A stretch of DNA of 64,000 bases, from contig NC_043021.1 of NCBI RefSeq assembly GCF_006345805.1, positions 20,212,001 to 20,276,000 of the forward strand. The letters are read 5' to 3'. Made by a program: the position numbers and the translations under genes. Below, in pieces: positions 37,531 through 49,265 of the stretch (positions are counted from its first letter, which is position 1; every line of letters starts with the position of its first letter). Below the pieces are notes generated by a model that did no database searches, was not told the DNA's origin, and saw only the letters and a program-made list of their open reading frames with translations. The stretch comes from Octopus sinensis. Taxonomy: Eukaryota.

Positions 37531-40500
37531 TATATATATATATATATACACACACACATTTTAAACAATAACTGGTGTATATTCCTCCATTCGTTTTAGC
37601 TTCATCGGCCAATTCTATGCTGGGTCATAGTTAATATTTTTTTAGTATATATTTACACAAGTATCTGCTACACAGAAAACACTAAAATATCCAGTGTGTA
37701 TATGTGTACATAAATTAAAAACTGTAATACACGTTAGACACAACCCATTCTTTAATTATGTGGATACACTATACGCACTCAAGCGCAGTATATACATATT
37801 AATATACACGCTCGCACATTGTGCTTCGACTAGAACTCCGCCGTTTATGATATATACACACACATTCATTAAACTTATTGCATACTCAGGCAGACAGTAT
37901 ATATAATATACACACGCTACCTGTGTCACTACATATATATATATACACTAAAACGTTGGTTGGGAAGTTTCGTGAACTTTATATATATATTCTCTTCTCA
38001 CAACGGAACCAAGACCCAGCAGCCATTTTGTCTTGAAGACAAGAATATCTTCTCTATACACACAAAAAAAGAGAGAAAAACCTATCAAATTGCCTTTGGA
38101 AAATAAATTTTCTCACGTCTGTAAATCCTTCCCGACATTATAATGTCTGTTTATATTCTAATTTTTTTAATATAATCTAAATGGTAATTAAAAACCTTTT
38201 AAAATTTTAGTTAATGAAGCTATTTTAATAAATATGGTGTCAGATGCAATCGATCTTTAGACAGTTCGCAGCAATCAGTTCAATGACCGATTCATTATCG
38301 ATTTCTTTTACAAGACCACGTACACAACAAGAAAGCCCTCATATATTTATTTATACAAACAATTGTGGGAATTCATAGCTTCTTGTTTCATTTTATTTCC
38401 TCGAGCAAGCAAGATCAACCTGTGCTGCGAGCCAGAATCGAAACCGGCTCCATATAATGTTTTCTATTAATCCTCATTATACTATAGACATTTTTTAAAT
38501 ATTTGTCCTCCATTTCGGCCGCAGATTGTTTACATTTTCAGAACTAGTCACGAAACTCTATTTCCGTTTGCTTTTAATTAAGATTTCACCCCCTTTCCCT
38601 CTAATTATTTTAATTAGAGCATCCGCCAACGAACTTGTTGAAATAGCAGTCCACTGTTTGTTTTATAAATAGTATTCGTGGCCCAAAATATATATACTTA
38701 CTGCTGTTTAGAGAAAGAAATAAAAAATTTTTTAAATGGTCATGTTTGGAACTCCTTTAATTGTAAAGTCTGCTGGATCAGGTCTGACCGGAGGCTAAAA
38801 AAAGAAAACCCTACCCAACTCTTACTAGGGGAAAGATTGAAGGCCACCACATCACGTTGCAATCGCCCTAAGAATAGTGTCAATAATTCAGCTAATTTCG
38901 CAAATCCTGGAAAATTAATTTTATGCAAGAAATAAAGTAAAATTAACCCCGAAGACAATAGGATTTAACGAACCTACATAGTCGCTAGAAATAGCAGTTA
39001 AATTGAGACTCCTCAAAATCTTGTAAATATATCCTTTTATTCAAGGTCTGACTGACCTAGGGCTAAATAACAGTTATTAATTAAATCAATGCGCTAATGA
39101 TAATCGATTAACCTCCCATTATCAAAGGCATCCCAGCCGTGACCATTTTATTTTTTTAGATCTGGCTGGTGTTTCTAGCAAGTCGTTACGTGGGTATGTT
39201 AGAGGCATATTAACCCACCACCACCGCTTTTTGCCTGCCTCGCCGCAGAGCAACTCAGCGAACTGGGTCACCATAATAAGTAAGCTATGCTGGTTGTTGC
39301 TGCCAATAAGGTCAGTCTAGTAGTATTCATCTTTAATATAAAAAGTCTTATGAACTAAAATACATATATAATGATGGCTATGTCTCAGCATGGCCCCAAA
39401 TAGCGAAGTGGGCGCGCGCGCGTGTGTGTATGTATGTATATATATATATACATACATACATATACACACACACACTAGTATGGAGTCAGAAGCCCAGCAT
39501 TACTAAAAATAGCAGCTAAATCTCTTCTTGCAAATCGTTACTCTTTAAATGAAGGTGAGGAGACGAGACAGCAAATGTAGTCCATAATAATGGTAAAAAT
39601 AAAGACAGGATGGATGGTCACAATTGAAACGTCTATGAAAAGGGTGACAGTAGGGGCTTAAAACAACCACAATTCATAAAGCTTTAGAAAATGAACGAAA
39701 CGCCAAGTTTTCGTACAAACCCCCCACCACCACCAGCGGTTACTATATCTTAAGGAAAAGAGGTAGAGGTGCATTAAAATGTCCAAGGCTTTATTGTTGC
39801 CATGCTAGCTAAACTCGACTATTTGGATGGGTTGGGGGGAGAGAATCCACACCAACTGGCTTTAATAGCTACTTCTCTCATTCATTTTCTTCCTCTTCCC
39901 ACCCCTCTCTAAGCCTTCATTTATATATATACTCTCTACACGATACAGTGCTATATACTTTCCTCTTGTCATCATAGCAGCAGTAGCCTTAGTCAGTTGC
40001 TATGTTGTTTGTTAGTTGGCAACTGGGGGGCTTCTTTCTACTGAAGAAGCACAATAACATCCAGACATCATTTAAAGAAGCAACCAACCTCACCTCCATT
40101 CAGTCGGCTTTCGCTCATCTCCTCCCCACCGCAACCACCAACATCACTGCTACTAATTTCTCCTCATTAACACATTCACTTAGTTCAAGCACACCATTAT
40201 ACTAATAAAAATCCACCATATCTCCTTGGCTGTGATCCAGTCGACCTGTGACTAGAAATACGTGCCACCCGTGACTATACCGAGACATCCATGCTCCCTC
40301 GTCGTCGAGGGAGATTATCTTCGTAGCTCAAGCCCGTGACCGTTATGGTAGATCACAGAAAAACAATTGAATTTAATGTTATATATACATATATATATAC
40401 CTACACTAACTTGAATCTAGCCCTCTCTCCTTCCATGATCCGGTTTATCCAGTACTCAGCGACATGTCTATATATACTCACACCTTCCTACTCTCCCTTC

Positions 40501-41204
40501 AACTCCTGGCATTATTGCTGCTGCTACCATCTGCCAATTCACATTTTAGCAACTCCCACTCCAGTGGATCCAAGGTTTTTAGTCCAGACCATTCATTCAC
40601 CCCATACCATTACGCCCCCCCCCCATAAAATCCTATTTTGTCTTGCGTGACGTCACCACCAACCATTCTGCTACGTAAACCAACATGTAAAGGCCCCACC
40701 TCCAATGCACAAGACACTCCTATTAGGAGCATGTACACAAAACTACTGCAACCAGCTATGAGGGGAAGCCTTCTACGGTGGTCACTCGACGTGCAGAAAA
40801 TAACAGCTGATTCCTACGTAAACTTCCAGTTATGCCCTCACGCAGATAGTCGTGATCGGGCTTTGGAAAATACGGGAAACCGAAATGTAGCTTAGATGTA
40901 TTTTAATCAAGCCATCGCTACAGCTGCAGTCATTTACCACTAATCTAACCTTAAACCGACGTTCCTGTCGTGGCAAACACGGCTGTTACTCGCCTTAAAG
41001 ATTCGAATATATACGGCTGGGTTGAATGACTTACGAATGCCTTTATGGTTAATCAATAATGGATCGGTCAGTATCAAACCAAAATATTTGACTGGTACTT
41101 GTCTGCGATAAATGCTTCCCAAAGCAAAATACTAACCCAAACCCTTTGTCTCATCTCGTCATCCAGCCAAATAATCCGCTTTCTCCTTCTGTCAACCAAA
41201 ACAG

Positions 41205-41595
41205 GTTTGCAGCCATGTCAACAGCAAAGAAAACAGCAGCAGCAGACAGTCTTACGGAACCAGTGAAATTCTCGCAGAGTAAAGCTGCCTCCTGGAAATC
41301 TTTGGACACATTCAAGAAGCCACACGGCGACCGACTCAAAATCGAACCCTTCGTCGTGTCGTTCAGCATCTCCGTGCTCCTCATATATTTCGCTTTCTTA
41401 AGGGAAGAGAACGATCTGGACTTGGAAATGGACAAGACCCTGTACGAGAGGATCCCTGCCTTGGAGAAGACTCAGTTGCAGATGCAGATCCAACAGAACA
41501 AAAAGCAGGGCATAGAGAGTGCAGCATTACAGAAACGACTGCAAGAAGTAGAAGCAGTAATTAAGAAACGAAAGTCATTATCACCCAACCAATAA
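41205..41595 (+). CDS. UQCC4: Ubiquinol-cytochrome c reductase assembly factor 4 (CCSMST1/C16orf91 family), main and terminal exon
   Basis: Pyrimidine tract plus acag|G acceptor. Protein contains PVKFSQSKAASW, one transmembrane stretch (PFVVSFSISVLLIYFAFL), REENDLD and a C-terminal coiled coil, recognised from memory as the CCSMST1 family pattern. Stop TAA at 41593-41595. Confidence 0.8.
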
Positions 41596-41635
41596 ATTGT
41601 TTAAACTTACCACATCCGTGTTTTGGTTTATTCAT
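41591..41635 (+). terminator. Polyadenylation signal overlapping the UQCC4 stop codon, with downstream GU-rich element
   Basis: CAA TAA A gives AATAAA at 41591-41596; gtgttttggtttatt follows ~20-40 nt later. Confidence 0.6.
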
Positions 41636-41930
41636 TATTTAGGGCCTTTACCTCAACAGTTAGTCTAGGGCGACACTCTAACCCTAGGAATTTGAATCAA
41701 CGGCCCAGTCACTGGAAAAAGGAGGGTCGGGGGTTATATAGCTAGTAATGAATGAAATTAGCTCCTGGGCCATGTCATATCTCCCGACTGCTAGCACACG
41801 GGTTTTGTTAAAAGACGGTGGGAAAAAGTGACAACGTTCAGGGTGAAATCCTTACAAAAGCAATATTTTAGAAATTGGCAGTAAAAACACAATCCAAGAC
41901 TTATATGTACAGTGTATGGACCAAAAAACT

Positions 41931-41936
41931 TTTATT
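41931..41936 (-). terminator. Candidate H3.3 polyadenylation signal (~860-nt 3' UTR)
   Basis: AATAAA on the minus strand (plus tttatt). No histone stem-loop follows the stop, as expected for a polyadenylated variant histone. Confidence 0.45.
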
Positions 41937-42794
41937 ATGAAGCTATAGTGAGATGCAGTACAGTGAATGTAAAGAGACAAGGACAAAAAAGTGGGGTGTA
42001 CAATTTTAAATTAGTTGTGGAGAGAGGGAGAGAGCGAGCAAGGTTGGATGGGATAATAGTGTGTAAAGATGATGGTGGAGTCTAGAGACTCCTTTCGGGG
42101 GGGAAAAGGATGTAACTTTTTCCTTAGAGAAAAAAATGTAGACTAACTTAAAATAGGTTGCTCTTATTTGGGGGAGAGGGTCTAAAATGGAGCGGGGGGA
42201 AGGGATTAGCAAAAAGGGCGTAGTCAAGGGAGGGCTGTTTGTAAACAAGACCCCAAGACATATTACACACTAAGTTGGAATGGGGGAGGTACATTAAAAT
42301 GATAGGAAAATATAAAAACAAAAATAAACGACTCCAATGGAATAAATAAAACCCCAAGTTTCCTTTGACCCTCAAATTTTTTCTTCCAATGTAAATTTCA
42401 AAACACTGATGGAGGTTTTTTTTTTACGTGAAGAGTGAAGGAGGAGGAAAGAGGAAAACAAACCTCATGGGACACGGGGGGTGGAGAGGGGGAAGATGGC
42501 GGCGACAGAGGAAGCTTGGACAAAAAAGAAACGAAAATACATCTTTCCAAAATAATTATACCAATGGTCTACATGGTCTTTATAAAAAAGTTTTATGTCC
42601 TAATATGAAATATTACAAAATGATGACATGAAAATGGTACTTGTATTCATATTATTATTATTAATGGTCAGTAATATATGAGAGAGAAAGATAGAGTTGT
42701 GTGAAGAGTGGCGTTTTTTTTTGTATTTTTCTTGTATACAATTGGTGTGATTAAGTGGTGTGTTGGTTGGGGCAAAGGTAGTAGTGTGGTGTTT

Positions 42795-43019
<225 letters not shown>

Positions 43020-43483
43020 CTAAAGACTTCACAATTTACTAAACAAGACATCACATTCGTTTCCTCTCCCTCCAGCAAACTATCGCAAATAATAATTACA
43101 CAACGAATCAGGCAGAAGAAAGTTAGCATTAAAAAGGAACAAATGTAATTAAATCTAAACAATATGTAGACATACAGTCTACACCACGACTTTCTTCTTG
43201 AAATGTTATGTTTTCGTTCATTAAACCAACGGCAAAATGTAGTCACACCAAAATTGCATCTTGATAATTACATCTCGCAAGCAACGAAAAATATTTTTAA
43301 AAGCCGTCGGAATTCATCTTTAATAGTTTATAATTGTTCGAAACCCGATTCACATCAGTCGTATGTATACCGATGTCGCTACAATTTCCACGTTAAATTT
43401 CACACCTGATTTTACCTGTGATTGCGTGTGCGTACGTATGTGCATACACACACGCACATATATATATACGTGTATATACATCA

Positions 43484-43801
<318 letters not shown>

Positions 43802-43890
43802 TTATCCTTTTTTTTTTTGTGTATTTCTTTATTAATCGTCGTCGTCCCTTTCAGAAGAACTGCTGCGGCTGCAATGAAACAAACACATAC

Positions 43891-43952
43891 ACTGACTCGT
43901 TGCGCGCACAGCGTGGCGGGTTTATATAGCAACTGGTCCTCGGCGCATGCGC
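43891..43952 (-). promoter_or_regulatory. H3.3 proximal core promoter: NRF1 palindrome, TATA box, initiator
   Basis: GCGCATGCGC at 43943-43952; TATATAAA at 43928-43921; TCAGT initiator at 43895-43891, ~33 nt downstream of TATAAA. Confidence 0.7.
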
Positions 43953-45673
43953 ACTGGACAGACTAAACAATGGCAAAGAGGAAAGACAAGGATACTAAAC
44001 CATAACTAGCTTCGATATATATATATTCTTATCTATTAATATACATACATATAATATATACACCATCATATACACATATTTATACTTGATGTTCAATCAT
44101 CAACGTTTAATATACACAATTTTCAACCTTCAGATACCATTTTTTTGTTTTAAATTAATAAATCGTCAGCCCATTAGGAATATTTATAATAATCCACGAA
44201 TTGAAATGTAACATGGAGCAATGGCGATTTCAAAATGGTTATCAAGTCTTCTTAGGTTCATTCGATTTTCAAAGGAGCCATTATTTCCCCCAAACCATGC
44301 AACACATCAAGTAACCAAAATTTTGCGTTTTACATTAAAATTTTAAAATTCACGCAATTACAAAAAAAAAAAAAAAAAATAAAAAAATTTTTTTTTTTTA
44401 AATTCTATTTTTCAATTTATAAATTAATATAATTTAAAATTGTGTCGAGAACTATGATTATGATATATGATAAAAAGCCCCTAAATAAAAACTACAAAAT
44501 CCTTTGCTAAAAAATAGCTCTAAACCTAAGAGCATAAAAAAAAAAAATGCTTGAAAGGACGAAAAGGAAAAAATATTAGACAATATGGCTTCGGTTTATT
44601 ATAGTGGGAGGTCGAGCAAAAGGAGAGAAAAAAATCGTTAGGACTTAAGAGAAGGAAAAAAGAAATTCCTAATTTCACATCTGGCTCGTCGATTTTCTAA
44701 CAAACTAAGTCAAAATTCAGAAATTCTGCCTAAAAAAATATATATATATATATATATATGCTTAATCTCTAAGAAATCTCTTACATATGACTCGATAATT
44801 ATACATGACATGGGGCTTTTATTTAATTACAAGAGACGAAAGCGTTTCTCAGATATTTTCTTCGTGGAAACGCTTTTATTTTTCCTCGAAGAAATGATAA
44901 AAATATTAGAATTATAATATAATAAACATTGTGGAGAAAGGCAAGAGGGGAATTGAAAAAATATTAAGGTGAACAACAAGAACGGAGGAGATATTGAGCG
45001 ACGACCGACCTAGTTTTATGAAAAAGGCTTGCTTTTTTTTTTTTTATATATAAAAGAAAGAAAGGAATATCTTCGACTTCTTCTATAAATAGTCAACAAC
45101 AACGACTGCTGCAGCAGCAAGCAGGCACCATTTCTCTCTCACCAAAAGATATTCTATGGAGAAATTGGTCAGAGAAATATATATATATAGAGAGGTCTGG
45201 TTAAAGAGTTAGGAAAAAATACACCATGATGTTAACTATAGATAAATAAATATTGGCTTTTTTTTTTTATTGCTAGTGTGGAGTGGGTTAAATAAAAATA
45301 ATAATAATAATAAAGAAGCGAGTGGAGCGAGGAGAAACTGACTGCAGCGGTTCTCCTGACTATAAACAACAATCAATATGGCGGGAGTCGCACGGAAAGC
45401 ACCAACTCTTGAGCTTCAACAACAATATTTCTCAACTTTGGGCCGATTTTTTCTTACGAAGAAAGAATTAAAAAATGACCGTGACCCCAGGGGAGCAATT
45501 TTCGGACATTCTACATGGCGAAACGAAGTAAATACAAACAAAAGCTACTTACATTATTTCCTGGGATAGAAATTATAGATTCAAAGTCAAAGTACAACCT
45601 CGAAGAATACAACCTTAATAGATAGAATAGCTCATTAGCGTTAAGACCATGTGATGTTACGTAGGAGAACGTC

Positions 45674-45796
45674 ATTGGATAAGCTATTCGGCTTCCGATT
45701 GGTTATCAAGCGGCCCATTTCATTGGACAGTTTAAGAAATAACACGCATTGACGATTGGATAGAAATTGGCGCTTTTCATTGGTGGAGTATATTGG
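45674..45796 (-). promoter_or_regulatory. Array of seven same-strand CCAAT (NF-Y) boxes
   Basis: ATTGG on the plus strand at 45674, 45698, 45722, 45755, 45766, 45779 and 45792. Confidence 0.7.
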
Positions 45797-47336
45797 CAGC
45801 CGCTTGAGCCGATATTTCTTAATTTTTTAAAACAGTAGACGTCAAAATACTTTATTTCTAAGAAGTGAATCCATCTGCTACCTTGAGCATTTCATAAATG
45901 TCTTCAGAAACGAACATTTATTTACAGAAAAGTTTTTTTTTTCAATAAGAGACAATTAGCCATACTTACTCATTTCCCTAAGTTTTTTATTTATTCTCAA
46001 CATACGTAAATCTCTGAACAACATTTGTTACAGCAGGAAATTTGTTATGTAAAGAAACATATTTTCGGTAAAGATAAATCAGATACCAAATATGCTAGAG
46101 AACCGGTCACACATTTGAAAATAAATTACAGATCCGGAAATATTAATTATATAATGATATTAAATATTTCCCAAAATAACTATCTTTAAACAGTATAATT
46201 TATTGGTTTTCACACACTATCTGTAAACTAAAAGTTTTTCAAAGTTTAAATTTGTTGCAATATACAACCCACATGCTTTTGCAAATAGGCGATCGGTCGA
46301 CCAAATTTCACACCAATTACACAGAAAAGATAAATGATACAAAGAAAGATAAATGATATCCTGAATACACTTTTATGCTATTTTATTAGTTTCGGGCTCT
46401 GGGCTGTAGTCTTATTGGAACACAAAAATGTCGAAGGCAAGAGTTGGATTTAAGATCCTGGGCCAGGTTGATCACAGCTGACTTGAACTCAAGCTACACA
46501 AGCCTCTACATGGTGGGTCACATTACCTGCTGTAAATAACTGAATCTCCCTTAAATCACATCCCTTTATCTTAAAATAGGAAGGTCATATTAGATAAAGT
46601 AATCATAAATATACTATGTCCGAATATAGACGAGATGGTCACAGTTAGAAGGACTCGAGGTTAAACAAGAACCCATAAGAGTTTGAGCCAATGAGAGCAA
46701 CTAAGTGGTCATCTGACTTGCTATAAATAGAAGCCAAGTCTCTGACAATTACACCATGCCTTAAAAACAAGAAAAGTGTTTTATAAATACTTTAATACAT
46801 TTCCTGTTTTAAGCAAGTGGAATTGTTGTTTGGAGACTTAACGTCTCTTGAAAATAAATACATTTAAAACTTCACACACTGCTATTTTTGCTAGACATAC
46901 AAATGCCAACCAGCTGGTGGTCAATTAAGTCACCCACCTAATAGAGCTCGTCCAATGTTTGCTGGCAAATTTCACTGACGATGACTAAGTTTGACCAGAA
47001 ACATGCAGTAAGATCAAACTTGGAACTATAAGACTGCAAATCAAATTTCTTAATCCCACGACCGCGCCTGCTGTGAAGATTTGTTTAAAAACTATTTTGC
47101 GAGGGGAATTAGGAAATTCCAGGCATAGAAGCTCAACCTTGAAGTGAGAGCTCTTAAGAAATACTTAGAAAAGACAAAGGATTTTATAAGTAAAAAGGGA
47201 AGAGGCTCATGGTATCAAAGAAAAGGCCTTGCTCAATATGTATAAAATGAATACGTATAAATTGCATGTGTTGTTCCGATTGTAAGCTATGGACACACAT
47301 GTGGTGGAATCATAGGCAGGCTAACAGAGAACATAA

Positions 47337-48120
47337 ACTGCGTGGCATCTTGGGCAAGTGTCTTCTACTATAGCCTCGGGCCGACCAAAGCCTTGTGAGT
47401 GGATTTGGTAGACGGAAACTGAAAGAAGCCCGTCGTATATATGTAGATGAACATCAATGGAATTTGTATCTTTGTGGTACCAGTGCCGGTGGCACATGGC
47501 ACACAAGAAAACCATCCGAACGTGGCCGTAGCCAGTACCGCATCGACTGGCCTCCGTGCTGTGGGCACGTAACAAACACCATCCGATCGTGGCCGTTTGC
47601 CAGCCTCATCTGGCACCTGTGTCGGTGGCACATAAAAACACCATCCGAGCGTGGCCCTCTGCCAGCCTCGTCTGGCACCTGTGTCGGTGGCACATAAAAA
47701 ACACCATCCGAGCGTGGCCGTTTGCCAGCCTCGTCTGGCACCTGTGTCGGTGGCACATAAAATCACCCACTACACTCTCAGAGTGGTTGGCGTTAGGAAG
47801 GGCATCCAGCTGTAGAAACACTGCCAGATCAGACTGGACTGGTGCAGCTTTCGGCTCCCCAGACCCCAGTTGAACCGTCCAACCCATGCTAGCATGGAAA
47901 GCGGACGTTAAATGATGATGATGATATATATATATATGTGTGTGTGTGTTTGACAACCGATGCTGGTGTGTTTACGTCCCCGTCACTTAGCGGTTCGGCA
48001 AAAGAGACCGATAGAATAAGTACTGGGCTTACAAAGAATAAGTCCCGGGGTTGATTTGCTCGACTAAAGGTGGTGCTCCAGCATGGCTGCAGTCAAATGA
48101 CTGAAACAAGTAAAAGAGTA
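47337..48120 (+). mobile_element. Family A SINE split by an RTE 3'-UTR insertion (47443-47915) in its internal TA tract
   Basis: SINE sequence stops at cccgtcgtatatatg and resumes at tatatatgtgtg..tgacaaccgatg after the (GAT)n tail. Confidence 0.85.
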
Positions 48121-48124
48121 AATT

Positions 48125-49265
48125 AAGAAAAGGTTGGAGAAAGTTCAGGGACCGACTACCACTGTTGGCAACAGAGATCTTTTCCCTCGGAGTGAAAAAG
48201 CAGATTGTAAGATGCTTGTATTAGAACTGCAATGCAACATGATAGTGAGGCAGGCCTTGAATGTTGAGGACTTGAGAAAACTGGGAAGAAATGAACCCAG
48301 TGTGCTCCACTGAATGTGAATGAGCCTGACCGACATATTACAAATGTGCTGGTAGAAAAATTGGCAAAAGAGAAATCAGATGCAGTGTGCAAAAAAGAAG
48401 GCTGCACTGGTATGGATATATGATGCTATGGATGAGGACAACTGTATAAAGAAATGCCACTAACCAAAGTACAAATATATGGGAAATTACACCTGTGTCA
48501 TCTCTTGTGAAAGGTAGGAGAGTCCAGTTTGCTGGACATTGTTGTAGAGCTGAAAACGAGGTAATTTCTACTCTTCTCCTCTGGAAGCCATCTGCTCGCG
48601 ATACCAGAGGGCACACACTCTCCTACCCTGATGTAATCTCCAGGGATACAGGCATCCAGCAACAGGACCTCCGTAATGCTATGGTGGACCGTGAAGTCTG
48701 GCCTAGCATAGTAAATTCCATTGTCTCGACCACTGTCGAACAATGATGATGTATGTATGTATGTTATCAAAGAAGCTTGAGAGGCGGTTGGATGGAACCT
48801 ACACTCGCCTCCTTATGAGAGCTCAAAATCTCTCGTGGAAGCGTCATCCAACCAAAGTACAAATATATGGGAAACTACCACCTGTGTCATCTCTTGTGAA
48901 AGGTAGAAGAGTCCAGTTTGCTGGACGTTGTTGCAGAGCTGAAAACGAGGTAATTTCTACTCTTCTCCTCTGGAAGCCATCTGCTCGCAATACCAGAGGG
49001 CGCACACTCTCCTACCCTCGTGTAATCTCCAGGGATACAGGCATCCAGCAACAAGACCTCGTAATGCTATGATGGACCGTGAGGTCTGGCGTAACAGTAA
49101 ATTTCATTGTCTTGACCACAGTCGAACAATGATGATGAATATGGATAGAGCTTGCAGAAGAGGAAGACCTAGAAAGACATGAGATGAAGAGGTGAAGTCT
49201 GGTCCCATGAGTTTGAGCTTCACAGAAAAGATGACTGGTGATATGCGGTTCTCAAGAAGACTCAA
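48125..49265 (+). mobile_element. Old RTE fragment interrupted by two adjacent RTE-X-like 3' ends (48462-48750, 48765-49136)
   Basis: Host reads ..DLRKLGRNE..MDEDNCIKKCH and resumes ACRRGRPRKT at ~49150. Inserts read LDGTYTRLLMRAQNLSWKRHPT..RRVQFAGHCCRAENE..LLLWKP and each ends gaacaatgatgatg. Confidence 0.85.

Noticed and set aside
45378-45569. Histone-like protein suggested by ARKAP
   Set aside because: The similarity is limited to five residues and there is no histone fold; kept only as an unidentified exon candidate.
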